Part shown: piece after piece, positions 1 through 10,526 of the stretch
How positions within the stretch are numbered: position 1 is the first letter of the stretch
Layout: each line of letters begins with the position of its first letter
NCBI GenBank assembly: GCA_963735035.1
Contig: CAVTJJ010000004.1
Location: 1,344,001-1,408,000, forward strand
DNA from: an uncultured candidate division Zixibacteria bacterium
GTDB lineage: Bacteria > Zixibacteria > MSB-5A5 > GN15 > FEB-12
Reading direction: 5' to 3'
Length of the DNA stretch: 64,000 nucleotides
Made by a program: the position numbers and the translations under genes
Notes under the pieces: generated by a model
Database searches by the model: none
The model's input: only the letters and a program-made list of their open reading frames with translations
What the model was told of the DNA's origin: nothing

Positions 1-539
1 TTAAGGTGGCCGGTAGTGACTGGAATCTCAATGCGTTCGTAGAAGCCGTCGTAAAGAGCGGCAAGGGCAAGATTATCGCCCATCCGGAGATTACCACGGT
101 CGAAAACAAAGAAGCCCGAATTCAGATGGGCTCGAAGGTGCCGGTCAAGCAGTTCGATGAATCAGGTAACGTCGTGATCAAGTTCGAGCAGGTCGGCACG
201 ATTCTCACGGTTACTCCCCATATCACGGCCGAGAACCAGGTGCTGATGCACCTCAAACCGGAACGTTCGACTTTCGAATATGACGCCGCCGGCGTGATTA
301 TCAATACCAATAACGCCGAAACCAACGTCATCGTGGCCAACGGCCAGACGGCTGTTATTGGCGGCCTGACTACTCAGGACGAATCCGACACCGAATACGG
401 CGTGCCGGTTCTCAAGGATATTCCGCTCCTGGGCCAGCTGTTCAAGTTTTCCACCAAGAACTGGGAGAGCAAGGACCTGGTGATTTTTGTGACTCCGACC
501 GTAGCCGAAGGTGACCTGGCGTCGAACCAGAACCCGTAA
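1..539 (+). CDS. pilQ: Secretin C-terminal part (type IV pilus PilQ-like), 5' truncated by window
   Basis: Secretin motifs: P-x-I-TT-x-ENKEA-x-I-x-x-G, G-x-x-L-x-VTP-x-I, GQTAVIGGL, GVPVLKDIPLLG-x-LFK, LVIFVTP. Confidence 0.8.
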   Translation, partial: KVAGSDWNLNAFVEAVVKSGKGKIIAHPEITTVENKEARIQMGSKVPVKQFDESGNVVIKFEQVGTILTVTPHITAENQVLMHLKPERSTFEYDAAGVIINTNNAETNVIVANGQTAVIGGLTTQDESDTEYGVPVLKDIPLLGQLFKFSTKNWESKDLVIFVTPTVAEGDLASNQNP

Positions 540-565
540 TAGCCACGGCTGCAATAGGCAAATTG

Positions 566-600
566 AGAGCCTCCACCATGTCATGGTGGAGGCTCTTTGT
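566..600 (+). terminator. Probable intrinsic terminator
   Basis: Perfect inverted repeat agagcctccaccatg/catggtggaggctct followed by ttgt, just after the secretin stop. Confidence 0.7.
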
Positions 601-704
601 CTCTAAACCCGCAGAGGAATTCTGCCGATTAATACAGAGTGTCTATGGATGGAGCCAATATTAAGCAGGAAATCTATTAATCGTTGTCAGGAGATAAAAG
701 GACC

Positions 705-2807
705 ATGCGCAAGGAAATCCGGATTACATGGCTGATGGTTGTGCTTGCCGCTGCAGCGCTGTTTGTTTTCGGTTGCAGTTCCAAGAACACCGTCGATACC
801 AACCCTACGCCGACAGGCGCCTCGATTGACGTGGCTGCATCACCGACCTCGGTGGCGACCAGCGAGACTTCCGTGGTTGAAGCTACCCTGACGGTCGGCA
901 GCGAAGCCGTAGTCGGGCAGCAAGTGCGCTTCACCGTAAGCCCGGCAGGGGCCGGCACCGTCACCCCGGAGTACGACACGACCGGATCTGATGGCGTAGC
1001 GGCTACCGTCTTCACGGCCGTCCAGGCCGGGGCGGTGGTTGTTCTGGCACAGGTTACCGGCAGTGACGTTTCGTCCAGTGTTGGACTTTCAGTTTCTGAA
1101 GGCCAGACCGGTGGCAGTGGTAACGTCAACGTGAGTGTGTCCCGCAACCTGCTCGTAGCGGATGGCAAAGATTCTTCGGTAGTCACGGTTGTCGTGCGCG
1201 ACGCGCTCGGCCAGGTAGCCCCCGCCGGTACCCTCGTGAAACTGGTGGCCGGGGAAAAATTCGTGGATAAAGACGCCAACGGCTACTGGTCGCAGAATAT
1301 TGACTCGCTGGTATTCGACGCCAACGGCAACGGTTTTTGGGACGGCATCGGCATGATCCCTTCGACCGTTACCGTGGCTGGTGCGGCCGGCGAAGCTACG
1401 GTGGATTTCGTCTCGGGCGATGCTGCGGGCACGGTCTACATCAAAGCTACGATTGACGACGGCGGCATTACCGGTTTCGGCGAGGTATCAATTCAGATTT
1501 CGCCTAACGCCGTAATGCATTCGATATTCCTCGCGTCCGATTCCATGACGCTTGCGGTCGAGGCAACCGGCGGCATGGAGACCGGGACGCTGCGCGCGAT
1601 TGGTTATGATACGCACGGCAATCCGGTGCCGCAGGGCATGCCGATTGTGTTTGTGATTCTGGACGGACCCGGCGGCGGCGAACATCTCGACACGCTGGGC
1701 GACGGTCCCGATACCGCGTACACGAACGGTCAGGGCGAAGCCACCACGACCATTTCCGCCGGCACGATTTCTGGAACGATCAGAATTAGGGCCTATTCCG
1801 GAATCGTTCTTTCAACGGCTACCCAGGTACTAATCTGTGCCGGTCCGCCCGAACACATAGTGGTAGGCGCAGAAGAGTGTAACGTTCCGTGGTTGGATAG
1901 AGTGGGAGACTCCGTGGCGATTGTCGCCATGGTAGCGGACGTCTATCTCAATCCCGTGAATGATTCAACTGTAGTCTATTTCAGATGTGACGAAGGAACC
2001 ATGAAGGCCGCTTGGAAGAGATTGATGACTGACAATGGCAAAGCCGTCACATATTGGTACTGCGGCAACAATGTCCCCACGGCCGACGGTATCGTCTGGA
2101 TATATGCAGAAACGGCCGGCGGCACGGTTCTGGATTCAAACTTCTTCTACAACAGTTGGGTACCGGCGACGCTTAATATCACGGGCTGGGCCACTTCCAT
2201 ATTGGCCGACGGTGAGTCTAATTTCTCAGGTTGGATTGATGCCAGAGACATAAATGGTAATTACGTCTACAGTGGGACTCAATACTCCGCAGAATCGAAT
2301 TACCTCACGGTGTATGGTGGTGCCTTTGAGAATGGTTGCTACTCCTCAATAGACCACTTTAATGTAATGTCAACTACGCTAAAGGTCGATGCTTCACTTA
2401 CCGGCGCCAATGATAATGGCATAGGTGCCGTAGACACCGTGACATATTGGTGTGGAAGTGGTGCGTCCGTGATACGCGTATGCTCCTTGTTGACGGGCAA
2501 CTCCTACAGTGGCTCTTCCACAATCAACGGTTCTTCAAGTGTTATACCAGGCGAAACAGTAAGCTTGTCGGCCAAGATTGGAGATCGGTGGGGTAACCCG
2601 CTGGGTGATCACACCCTCAACATGACCGCTTCCGGCGGAGTTGTTACGGGTGGGACCCAGGAAACCGACGGGTACGGTGAAGCCAATGGCTTCATTTGGA
2701 CTGCACCGGTGACAGAAGGTGATTACAACATCAGGGTTACCGACACGGATCCACGTGGGGGTGGCATGGGGCTGACGCTGAAGATCACCGTCAAAGCTGC
2801 CGCATAA
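705..2807 (+). CDS. Large lipoprotein with bacterial Ig-like (Big_1/invasin-like) repeats
   Basis: Lipobox FVFG-C; repeats such as ADGKDSSVVTVVVRDALG, AIGYDTHGNPV, IGDRWGNP, TDGYGEA; two DxNxNGxW-like loops. Confidence 0.7.
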   Translation: MRKEIRITWLMVVLAAAALFVFGCSSKNTVDTNPTPTGASIDVAASPTSVATSETSVVEATLTVGSEAVVGQQVRFTVSPAGAGTVTPEYDTTGSDGVAATVFTAVQAGAVVVLAQVTGSDVSSSVGLSVSEGQTGGSGNVNVSVSRNLLVADGKDSSVVTVVVRDALGQVAPAGTLVKLVAGEKFVDKDANGYWSQNIDSLVFDANGNGFWDGIGMIPSTVTVAGAAGEATVDFVSGDAAGTVYIKATIDDGGITGFGEVSIQISPNAVMHSIFLASDSMTLAVEATGGMETGTLRAIGYDTHGNPVPQGMPIVFVILDGPGGGEHLDTLGDGPDTAYTNGQGEATTTISAGTISGTIRIRAYSGIVLSTATQVLICAGPPEHIVVGAEECNVPWLDRVGDSVAIVAMVADVYLNPVNDSTVVYFRCDEGTMKAAWKRLMTDNGKAVTYWYCGNNVPTADGIVWIYAETAGGTVLDSNFFYNSWVPATLNITGWATSILADGESNFSGWIDARDINGNYVYSGTQYSAESNYLTVYGGAFENGCYSSIDHFNVMSTTLKVDASLTGANDNGIGAVDTVTYWCGSGASVIRVCSLLTGNSYSGSSTINGSSSVIPGETVSLSAKIGDRWGNPLGDHTLNMTASGGVVTGGTQETDGYGEANGFIWTAPVTEGDYNIRVTDTDPRGGGMGLTLKITVKAAA

Positions 2808-2837
2808 GACTTCGTCTCCTAGAGACGCGTTCATTAG

Positions 2838-2879
2838 GGACGCCGGAGGGTCGCCAGACCCCTCCGGCGTTCTTTTTTT
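2838..2879 (+). terminator. Intrinsic terminator
   Basis: Hairpin acgccggaggg...ccctccggcgt followed by a T7 run. Confidence 0.85.
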
Positions 2880-2917
2880 GCGCTATCGAACCTCCGCGAA
2901 TAACGTTATTATAGGCT

Positions 2918-4588
2918 ATGATACCCGCTGGAACCGAAACCGGCGCCGCGCCGGAATCAGTCTACGAGGCCTTTGCTCGAGCCGCCTCCAGATTCCCCGA
3001 TAAGCCCGCCTTACGGGGCAGTGGCGACAAAGGACTCACCCTCACCTACGCCCAGGCGCTCGACCAGATACAGCGTCTGGCGGCCGGGCTTCAAGCTCCC
3101 GCCTTTTCGGAAGTGAGCGAGATCGGCCTCCTCAGTGAGAACCGTCCGGAATGGGTACTGGTTTATCTGGCCGTGCTAGCTTCGGGCAAGATTGTCGTTC
3201 CGCTCGACGCCACTCTTAAACCCAATGAAGTAGAAGCTCTCATTCAACACGCCGGCCTAAAGATGATGTTTGTGTCCGGCCGGTGGGAGAAGATAGTAGC
3301 GGAGTCTGTTCCCGGCGTCAGATTACTGTCTTTGGAGTCTGGTTCACCCAACCATTGGCAAAGCATGGCCGACAGCCCGGTTGACTTCACTCCGGTCGGG
3401 TCAAGGGACGCCACGGCTGTCCTGATCTATACTTCCGGGACAACCGGCTCCCCGAAGGCCGTCGTCCTGACCCACGGCAACCTCCTGGCCAATGTCGAGG
3501 CGATTGTCGAGGCGATTCTGATCGACGAGAGCGACGCCTTTCTTTCGGTGCTACCCCTGCACCATACTTTTGAGGCGACCTGCGGCTGTCTTAGTCCGCT
3601 GACGCAGGGCGGGTCGATGGTATTTGCTTCGTCGCTCAAATCCAAAGAACTCCTCGAAGTGATCTCCGCGAACGGCGTCACCAAGATGTGCGGTGTGCCG
3701 CTGCTCTATGAGAAGATGTATCAGGCCATCCACCGAAGACTTGAGACCACTTCATTTCCGCAGAAGATATTGATCAAATTTCTATTTGCCTTGTCAGGCA
3801 TGGGCTGGCGATTTGGATGGCGATGGGGGAAGGGGTTGTTTAGAAGTCTCCGGAACCGGGCCGGGATGGGTAGCCTGAAGATATTTGTTTCGGGGGCAGC
3901 CGCGTTACCGCCGTACATCCATAAGTATTTCGTGCTTCTGGGTTTCGATTTCATTCAGGGGTACGGGATGACAGAGGCCTCACCGGTCATTTCTGTGCAG
4001 CGACCGAACGATATCCGTTTCGGTTCGGTTGGACCGCCCCTCAGCGGGGTAGAGGTCAGGATTGACGCCGCCGATAACTTCGGTGTCGGGGAAATAGTCG
4101 TGCGAGGTCCCAACTGTACGCCCGGCTATCGCGACAACCCTGAAATGACCGCCGAGTTATGGCGTGACGGTTGGCTGCACACAGGTGACCTCGGCCGAAT
4201 TGAGCACGGCCATCTCTTGATCACCGGGCGGGCCAAGAACCTGATCATATCGGCGGGAGGGAAGAATATCTATCCCGAGGAGATCGAGGAGAAGCTCATA
4301 GCTTCTGACCATATCCTCGAAGCGGTTGTTATCGGGCGGCCGAAACAGGGGCGGCAAGGTGAAGAAGTGTGGGCTCTTATTGTGCCCAACCTGGATCACA
4401 TCGTCGCCGAACTCGGACTGGATCAGTCGCACCCCGACGAGAACATGGTTCGGGAAGTCATAGATCGGGTTGTGACCGCTATCAATTCTCAGATGGCCGA
4501 ATACAAACGAATTGTCGGATTCGATATGCAGTTCCAGGAGCTGGAGAAAACCTCTACCAGGAAAGTCAAACGGTACGTATACCGTTGA
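2918..4588 (+). CDS. Long-chain-fatty-acid--CoA ligase (AMP-binding family)
   Basis: YTSGTTGSPK, QGYGMTE, GWLHTGDLG, GKNIYPEEIE motifs. Confidence 0.9.
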   Translation: MIPAGTETGAAPESVYEAFARAASRFPDKPALRGSGDKGLTLTYAQALDQIQRLAAGLQAPAFSEVSEIGLLSENRPEWVLVYLAVLASGKIVVPLDATLKPNEVEALIQHAGLKMMFVSGRWEKIVAESVPGVRLLSLESGSPNHWQSMADSPVDFTPVGSRDATAVLIYTSGTTGSPKAVVLTHGNLLANVEAIVEAILIDESDAFLSVLPLHHTFEATCGCLSPLTQGGSMVFASSLKSKELLEVISANGVTKMCGVPLLYEKMYQAIHRRLETTSFPQKILIKFLFALSGMGWRFGWRWGKGLFRSLRNRAGMGSLKIFVSGAAALPPYIHKYFVLLGFDFIQGYGMTEASPVISVQRPNDIRFGSVGPPLSGVEVRIDAADNFGVGEIVVRGPNCTPGYRDNPEMTAELWRDGWLHTGDLGRIEHGHLLITGRAKNLIISAGGKNIYPEEIEEKLIASDHILEAVVIGRPKQGRQGEEVWALIVPNLDHIVAELGLDQSHPDENMVREVIDRVVTAINSQMAEYKRIVGFDMQFQELEKTSTRKVKRYVYR

Positions 4589-4610
4589 ACCCTAAAGGAG
4601 GCGAAACGCT

Positions 4611-5030
4611 ATGGTGGAAACGCACGTCGTCAAGTTCAAGACCAAGGGTGTCGGGGCGATTGTCGACCTGACGCTCGAGATGAAAGAGGCGGTGGCGAAT
4701 TCGGCGGCCGTCTCCGGGACAATTACGGCCTTCGTGCCCGGTTCTACCGGTGGCATTACGAGCATGGAGTACGAGCCGGGGCTGCTGAAAGACGTACCTG
4801 CCATGATGGAGCGATTGATTCCATCGCAACCGGACTACGAGCACGACAAGACCTGGCACGACGGCAACGGCTACGCGCACCTTCGAAGTACGCTGATCGG
4901 GCCTGACATTACCGTTCCGTTCACTCAGAAGAGCCTGTACCTGGGCACCTGGCAGCAGGTTGTCTTTTTGGAGTTCGATAATCGGGCGCGTGATCGCGAG
5001 GTCATTCTTCAGATAATAGGCGAGGCCTGA
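4611..5030 (+). CDS. yjbQ: YjbQ/UPF0047 family protein
   Basis: GSTGGI, Y-x-HD...DGNG-x-AHLRS, LGTWQQ-x-x-F-x-EFD motifs. Confidence 0.85.
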   Translation: MVETHVVKFKTKGVGAIVDLTLEMKEAVANSAAVSGTITAFVPGSTGGITSMEYEPGLLKDVPAMMERLIPSQPDYEHDKTWHDGNGYAHLRSTLIGPDITVPFTQKSLYLGTWQQVVFLEFDNRARDREVILQIIGEA

Positions 5031-6034
5031 TGCAGGTTAGGGCGGTTGAACGAGTCGGTGACCGACTTCGCATAATTGACCAAACCAGGCTTCCCGGTGA
5101 ACTGGTCTATCGCGACCTTGATGACTATCGCGAAATCATCGGGGCAATCCAGCGCTTGGAAGTCCGTGGTGCCCCCGCGATTGGGATTGCCGCCGCTTAC
5201 GCTGTGGCAGTAGGCGCCGCCCAGACTGATCAGTTGGATTTTGACAAGCTATCATTAGTCGCGGCGGAAATCCGGGCGGCCCGGCCCACCGCGGTTAACC
5301 TGGCCTGGGCGGTTGACCGTGCTATGGCTTGTTTCAGCACCGAGCGACCGCATGATCGCGAGTCGATGTTAAGACTGCTCTGGAGTGAGGCGGAGGCGAT
5401 CCACGAAGAAGACCGTATCATGTGCGCCCGGATCGGCGAAAACGGGGCCGCTTTAATCAACGACGGCGATACGGTCCTGACCCACTGCAATGCCGGGGCT
5501 CTCGCCACCGGAGGGATCGGCACCGCTCTTGGGGTCATCTATACCTGTCGCGACCAGGGGAAGAGGCTCCATGTCTATGCTGACGAGACCCGCCCGCTCC
5601 TCCAGGGGGCCCGCCTGACTGCCTGGGAGCTGCTAAGGGAAGGGATCGACACCACTCTCATCTGTGACTCTGCCGCCGCCGTGCTGATGGCTCATGGGAA
5701 GATCAACCATGTTATAGTCGGCGCCGACCGGATCGCTCGAAACAGGGACACCGCCAACAAGATTGGCACCTACGGGCTGGCGGTTCAGGCGAAAGCCCAC
5801 GGCGTGCCGTTCTACGTAGCGGCGCCGGCATCGACTTTCGACGACCGAATCGCCGATGGCCTGAGTATCCCGATTGAAGAGCGCGACGGGAGCGAAATTA
5901 CCGAAGGGTTCGGGCGGCGGACCGCCCCGGTAGGTATCAAGACTTACTCGCCGGCCTTTGACGTCACCCCGGTGGAACTGATTACTTACTTCATTACCGA
6001 TACCGGTCTTCGTCGCGGCGGGCGTTCGATTTGA
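5030..6034 (+). CDS. mtnA: Methylthioribose-1-phosphate isomerase
   Basis: VRGAPAIG, RPTAVNL, LTHCNAGALAT, ETRPLLQGARLTAWEL, ANKIGTY, PAFDVTP. Confidence 0.95.
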   Translation: MQVRAVERVGDRLRIIDQTRLPGELVYRDLDDYREIIGAIQRLEVRGAPAIGIAAAYAVAVGAAQTDQLDFDKLSLVAAEIRAARPTAVNLAWAVDRAMACFSTERPHDRESMLRLLWSEAEAIHEEDRIMCARIGENGAALINDGDTVLTHCNAGALATGGIGTALGVIYTCRDQGKRLHVYADETRPLLQGARLTAWELLREGIDTTLICDSAAAVLMAHGKINHVIVGADRIARNRDTANKIGTYGLAVQAKAHGVPFYVAAPASTFDDRIADGLSIPIEERDGSEITEGFGRRTAPVGIKTYSPAFDVTPVELITYFITDTGLRRGGRSI

Positions 6035-6120
6035 GAACAGGCGAGCGCGTTCGCCATTTTACCATTGCTCCGAAGCGTCCGATATCTTACTATATGCTAT
6101 CTGATCTATTGGCAGTTGTA

Positions 6121-6762
6121 ATGAGCAAGAGTATCAAGCGACACCTGAGAGGTCCGTCTTCACTTAGTCTCGATTTGTTCCAATCGGACTCTATGCAGGT
6201 ACCCGCGCCGGCGACCCTGTACACCAAGATCAGCCAGCAGGCCGCCCCAACCAGAGAGACAGCAGCACTATTGGATAAGCAAATTGCCCCCGCCAAACCG
6301 GGGTTGCCCGAATTGGAAGAGCTCGAGCGGATGTTCGACCATTACAACTGGCTCTATTTCCGCGGGCGTCTCCGTAAGCCGAAAATCGAATATTCAACTC
6401 GGATGACAACCGCCGGGGCGTTCTTCCCGAAATTACGCCTGATCCGGATGAGTCGCCGCTACCACGAGATCTTCCCAGAAGAAATCGCCGATACGCTCAA
6501 GCATGAGATGATTCATCTGGTGCACCTGAAACATGACGCGAAATTCCAGGCCGAGGCGGCCCGGATTGGTGCCTCGGTAAAGGCCCAGACTCATCCGCTT
6601 CTGGGACGCCCCCCCAGGTTATTGTATGAGTGCCCCAAATGCGGGACGGATTTTCCCCGTCAGAAGAAGCTGGTTATGGCGTCGTGCGGGTACTGCTCCA
6701 AGGGTGGGCGCTACGACGAGCGGTTCAAGCTGGTATTGAAGCGATCATTCCGGAAGAAGTAG
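6121..6762 (+). CDS. SprT-like zinc metalloprotease with C-terminal Zn ribbon (start uncertain)
   Basis: RMTTAG, TLKHEMIH (HExxH), YECPKCG...CGYC. Confidence 0.8.
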   Translation: MSKSIKRHLRGPSSLSLDLFQSDSMQVPAPATLYTKISQQAAPTRETAALLDKQIAPAKPGLPELEELERMFDHYNWLYFRGRLRKPKIEYSTRMTTAGAFFPKLRLIRMSRRYHEIFPEEIADTLKHEMIHLVHLKHDAKFQAEAARIGASVKAQTHPLLGRPPRLLYECPKCGTDFPRQKKLVMASCGYCSKGGRYDERFKLVLKRSFRKK

Positions 6763-6764
6763 AG

Positions 6765-7037
6765 CTACTCGCCCACTTTTTCCATTTCGGCCGAAATTTC
6801 CGTGAGGCGTTGAATGAGGGGGCCACAGGCGTCCAGGGCGGCCATGTTGCCGTCTTCGGTGAATGACCGGATCAGTCTAAGCAACACAACCATGGGGTTT
6901 CCGGCGCAGGCTACAATATGACCTTCACGGGAGACCGTCAGCCCGGCTTTCTTGGCCTGAGCATGGGCAGTGGCCTCGCCGACTACTTCGGCCTGCTTCG
7001 CCACGACGCCTTCGAACAAGACCAGATAGTTTTCCAC
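6765..7037 (-). CDS. Hypothetical protein, 90 aa
   Basis: GTG start with upstream GGAG; convergent with the SprT gene, stops 2 nt apart; no recognisable motif. Confidence 0.6.
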   Translation of the reverse strand: MENYLVLFEGVVAKQAEVVGEATAHAQAKKAGLTVSREGHIVACAGNPMVVLLRLIRSFTEDGNMAALDACGPLIQRLTEISAEMEKVGE

Positions 7038-7305
7038 GGTTGCCGTTTCCTCCGGTTAAGGCCTACGAATGCTGGTACTTATTATAGAATCGGCTGTTTG
7101 GGCCGGGTTCTGAACGGGGGGAGAGAGCGGCTCCGCAGCCAATCGCGGCACCGTCGAAGTAATTTTTTCTGGAGACAAAATCGATCCGACAGCACGTATA
7201 TTAGTCGGCGCATAACCGTAAGCGCTTGGACTGCATATTGTTAACGTTGCGACTGTCCGCCGATTAGCAATGTCGGCCGTGAACAAGCATTTTTGGGGTC
7301 TTTGC

Positions 7306-7333
7306 TTGACAATTGAATCAAAGGGCGTATATT
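7306..7333 (+). promoter_or_regulatory. Sigma70-type promoter of rplM operon
   Basis: TTGACA-N16-TATATT. Confidence 0.65.
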
Positions 7334-7377
7334 CTTGGGCTTTTGAAAAATGGAGTATTACCGGACTTGATGACGCT

Positions 7378-7812
7378 ATGAAGACTTTTGTGCCTAAAAT
7401 CGAATCCATGGACCGCAAGTGGTTCCTCGTTGATCTCGAGGGAGTAACTATGGGTCGGGCTGCCGTTCAGGTGGCCAATATCCTGCGAGGCAAGACCAAG
7501 CCGATCTTTTCACCGCACATTGATTGTGGTGACAACGTAATCGCTATCAATGCCTCCGGTATGCAATTTTCGGGGAATAAAATATCCCAGAAGACCTACT
7601 ACCACTATTCGGGATATCCGGGTGGTCTGAAGAAACTGGTCCTGGGCAAGGCGATGTCGACGCGGCCCGATCGTGTCTTCACGACGGCGGTGAAGCACAT
7701 GCTGACCCAGAATCGCCTCGGTCGAAAACAAATTAAGAAGTTGCACGTCTACGCGGACGACAAGCATCCTCACACGGCTCAGAAGCCGGTGAAAATGAAA
7801 TTGACCTTTTGA
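7378..7812 (+). CDS. rplM: 50S ribosomal protein L13
   Basis: MKTF...RKWFLVD, LRGK-x-KP-x-F-x-PH-x-DCGD, HSGYPGGLK. Confidence 0.97.
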   Translation: MKTFVPKIESMDRKWFLVDLEGVTMGRAAVQVANILRGKTKPIFSPHIDCGDNVIAINASGMQFSGNKISQKTYYHYSGYPGGLKKLVLGKAMSTRPDRVFTTAVKHMLTQNRLGRKQIKKLHVYADDKHPHTAQKPVKMKLTF

Positions 7813-7828
7813 TGGTTGGTAGAACTTG

Positions 7829-8221
7829 ATGGAGCAAAACTTTATTTCAGCCACCGGTCGACGCAAGTCGGCAGTCGCTCATGCCGTGCTCACGCCGGGC
7901 AAGGGCGGATTCACTATTAACGGACGTCCGGTTCTCAGCTATTTGACCCGTGAGACGTTGGTCAACCATGCCGTGGAGCCGCTCAGAATCACGCAGAACG
8001 ACGGAACGTTGGATATCGTCTGTTCGACTCGTGGTGGCGGTCTTTCCGGCCAGGCCGGTGCAGTACGGCTGGCGGTCAGCCGTGCTCTCTGTCTTATGAA
8101 TCCCGATCTGCGGCCGTCGCTTCGCCAGGGCGGTTTCCTGATCCGCGATGCCCGCGAGGTGGAACGTAAGAAGTACGGTCGTCCGAAAGCCCGTAAACGC
8201 TTCCAGTATTCGAAGCGATAA
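7829..8221 (+). CDS. rpsI: 30S ribosomal protein S9
   Basis: TGRRK-x-AVA, GGGLSGQAGA, ERKKYG...QYSKR. Confidence 0.97.
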   Translation: MEQNFISATGRRKSAVAHAVLTPGKGGFTINGRPVLSYLTRETLVNHAVEPLRITQNDGTLDIVCSTRGGGLSGQAGAVRLAVSRALCLMNPDLRPSLRQGGFLIRDAREVERKKYGRPKARKRFQYSKR

Positions 8222-8237
8222 GAGATTTGAATTTTTA

Positions 8238-8358
8238 TCCCCGCCTTCGGGCGGGGAAATAAGCAGTCCCGATTGACCCGCCGTCGGTCCCAACACGCCT
8301 CGGGTGGCGGCCGGGGATGAGATCGGGATGAAGTTTAACCAAAAACTCAAGGATTCCG
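8238..8358 (+). promoter_or_regulatory. Structured rpsB leader (possible S2 autoregulatory element)
   Basis: UUCG hairpin 8238-8257 and long stem tcccgat(8267)/atcggga(8322) upstream of rpsB. Confidence 0.4.
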
Positions 8359-9157
8359 ATGTTCACTCCCAAGATTCGCGAACTGCTTGAAGCCGGGGTA
8401 CATTTTGGTCATCAGACCAGCCGCTGGAACCCCAAAATGAAGCCGTTCATTTTCGCGGCGCGCAACGGCATCTACATTATCGATCTGCAGAAGACGGTCA
8501 ATTCCCTCGAACAGGCCAAGAAGAAAGTGCGTGAAGTTGTTCGCGGCGGTCGTTCGATTCTGTTCGTCGGCACCAAGAAACAGGCCCGCGAAGTGATCCT
8601 CGAGGAAGCTCCGAAGTGCGGCGGTTTCTATGTGATCGAACGCTGGCTGGGCGGCATGCTCACCAATTTCAACACCATCAAGAGCGTCGATCAAGAAGCT
8701 CAAAGACATCGAAAAGATGCGCGAGTCCGGCGAACTGGAGAAGTTCACGAAGAAAGAACGCTCCCAGTTCGAAAGCCAGGCGGCCAAGCTGCAGAAGACT
8801 CTCGGCGGCATCAAGGATATGAACTACCTTCCCGGCCTGATGATCGTAGTCGACGCCCAGAAGGAAAAGATCGCCGTGGCCGAAGCTCACAAGCTGGGCA
8901 TTCCGATCATCGGCATCATCGATACCAACGCCGACCCCGACCAGATTGATTTCCCGATCGCCGCCAACGACGACGCCATCAAATCGATTCGCATCCTGCT
9001 GCGCGACCTGGTTGACGCCGCGACGGAAACTCAGGGAGCCGTGACAGTGGCCGAGATCGAGGCTGCGGTCGATGCCGAGCGCGAAAAGCCGCTCGAGACC
9101 TTTACAATGGAGTCGGAAGACAACGGCCCGCTTGACGCTTTTGAGCCAGAAGGATAA
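8359..9157 (+). CDS. rpsB: 30S ribosomal protein S2, split by a single +1 indel near 8681-8686
   Basis: [22 protein letters not shown] in one frame; [22 protein letters not shown] in another. Confidence 0.93.
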
Positions 9158-9163
9158 AGGACA

Positions 9164-9757
9164 ATGGAGATATCAGCTGCTCTAGTTAAACAGCTTCGGG
9201 AACAGACCGGAGCCGGAATGATGGACTGCAAAAAGGCCCTCGGCGATTCCCAGGGTAATTTCGAGGAAGCGGCCAAACTGCTTCGCGAGCGGGGCATTGC
9301 CAAAGCTGCCACCAAGTCCGGACGCGAGACGTCCGAGGGACTCATCGCTTCATACATTCACCCCGGTGACAAGCTGGGTGTGCTGGTCGAGATCAAGTGC
9401 GAAACCGACTTCGTGGCCCGCACCGACAAGTTCCGTCAGTTCGCGCACGATGTGGCCATGCAGATTGCGGCGTCGTCGCCGGTCTGCGTACGCCGTGAGG
9501 ATATCGATTCCAAGTTGATCGAGCAGGAACGCGCCATCTACCGGACCCAGGCCCAGAACGAAGGCAAGCCGGAAAAGATTCTCGATAAGATCGTCGACGG
9601 TAAAGTCGAAAAATACTACGCCGAAATAGTCCTGATGGAACAGCCGTTTGTAAAAGACAACGACAAGACCATTGGCGACTATGTGAAGGAAACGATCGGT
9701 ACTCTCGGAGAGAACATCCAGATCAAGCGGTTTACCCGTTTCCGACTGGGCGAATAA
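9164..9757 (+). CDS. tsf: Elongation factor Ts (short form)
   Basis: [26 protein letters not shown]. Confidence 0.97.
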   Translation: MEISAALVKQLREQTGAGMMDCKKALGDSQGNFEEAAKLLRERGIAKAATKSGRETSEGLIASYIHPGDKLGVLVEIKCETDFVARTDKFRQFAHDVAMQIAASSPVCVRREDIDSKLIEQERAIYRTQAQNEGKPEKILDKIVDGKVEKYYAEIVLMEQPFVKDNDKTIGDYVKETIGTLGENIQIKRFTRFRLGE

Positions 9758-9758
9758 T

Positions 9759-10484
9759 ATGGATTCCGAGCCTTCAAAGCCTGTCTATAGCAAGATCCTG
9801 TTGAAAATTTCCGGTGAGGCCCTTATGGGTGACGGGAAATACGGGATCAGTACTCAGGCTTTGGAGGCCATCGCACGCCAGATCAAGCAGGTCAAAGAGC
9901 TCGGGGTTCAGATTGCCCTGGTAATCGGCGGCGGGAATATCTTCCGCGGCCTTCATGCTTCGGAAAGAGGCATGGACCGGGTAACGGCCGACAACATGGG
10001 AATGCTGGCGACGGTTATCAATTCGCTGGCCATGATGGATCATCTGGAAAAACAGGGGCTCTATACCCGTCTGATGTCGGCGGTGCGCATGGAGGCGTTT
10101 GCCGAACCGTATATACGCCGCCGAGCCGTCCGTCACATGGAAAAGGGACGCCTTGTGATTCTGGCGGCCGGAACCGGGAATCCGTTTTTCAGTACCGACA
10201 CGGCGGCGTCACTTCGCGCCATGGAACTGGGCGTTGATATAATGATCAAGGCCACCAGGGTCGACGGTGTCTATTCGGCTGATCCGGAGAAAGACCCCAA
10301 TGCCGAGTTTTATCCCCGGCTGACTTACATGGACTTGCTCACACGGGAGCTGCGGGTGATGGACGCCACGGCGATCTCGCTACTTAAGGAAAATAATATC
10401 CCGGTGTTGGTTGTCAATCTGAACAAACCGGGACATCTGGTCGGCGCCATCTGCGGTCAGCAGATCGGCACGATGATTACCTGA
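9759..10484 (+). CDS. pyrH: UMP kinase
   Basis: [27 protein letters not shown]. Confidence 0.97.
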   Translation: MDSEPSKPVYSKILLKISGEALMGDGKYGISTQALEAIARQIKQVKELGVQIALVIGGGNIFRGLHASERGMDRVTADNMGMLATVINSLAMMDHLEKQGLYTRLMSAVRMEAFAEPYIRRRAVRHMEKGRLVILAAGTGNPFFSTDTAASLRAMELGVDIMIKATRVDGVYSADPEKDPNAEFYPRLTYMDLLTRELRVMDATAISLLKENNIPVLVVNLNKPGHLVGAICGQQIGTMIT

Positions 10485-10526
10485 TTATGACACGGGACGT
10501 TTAATCATAATTCGAGGACGGTTGTC

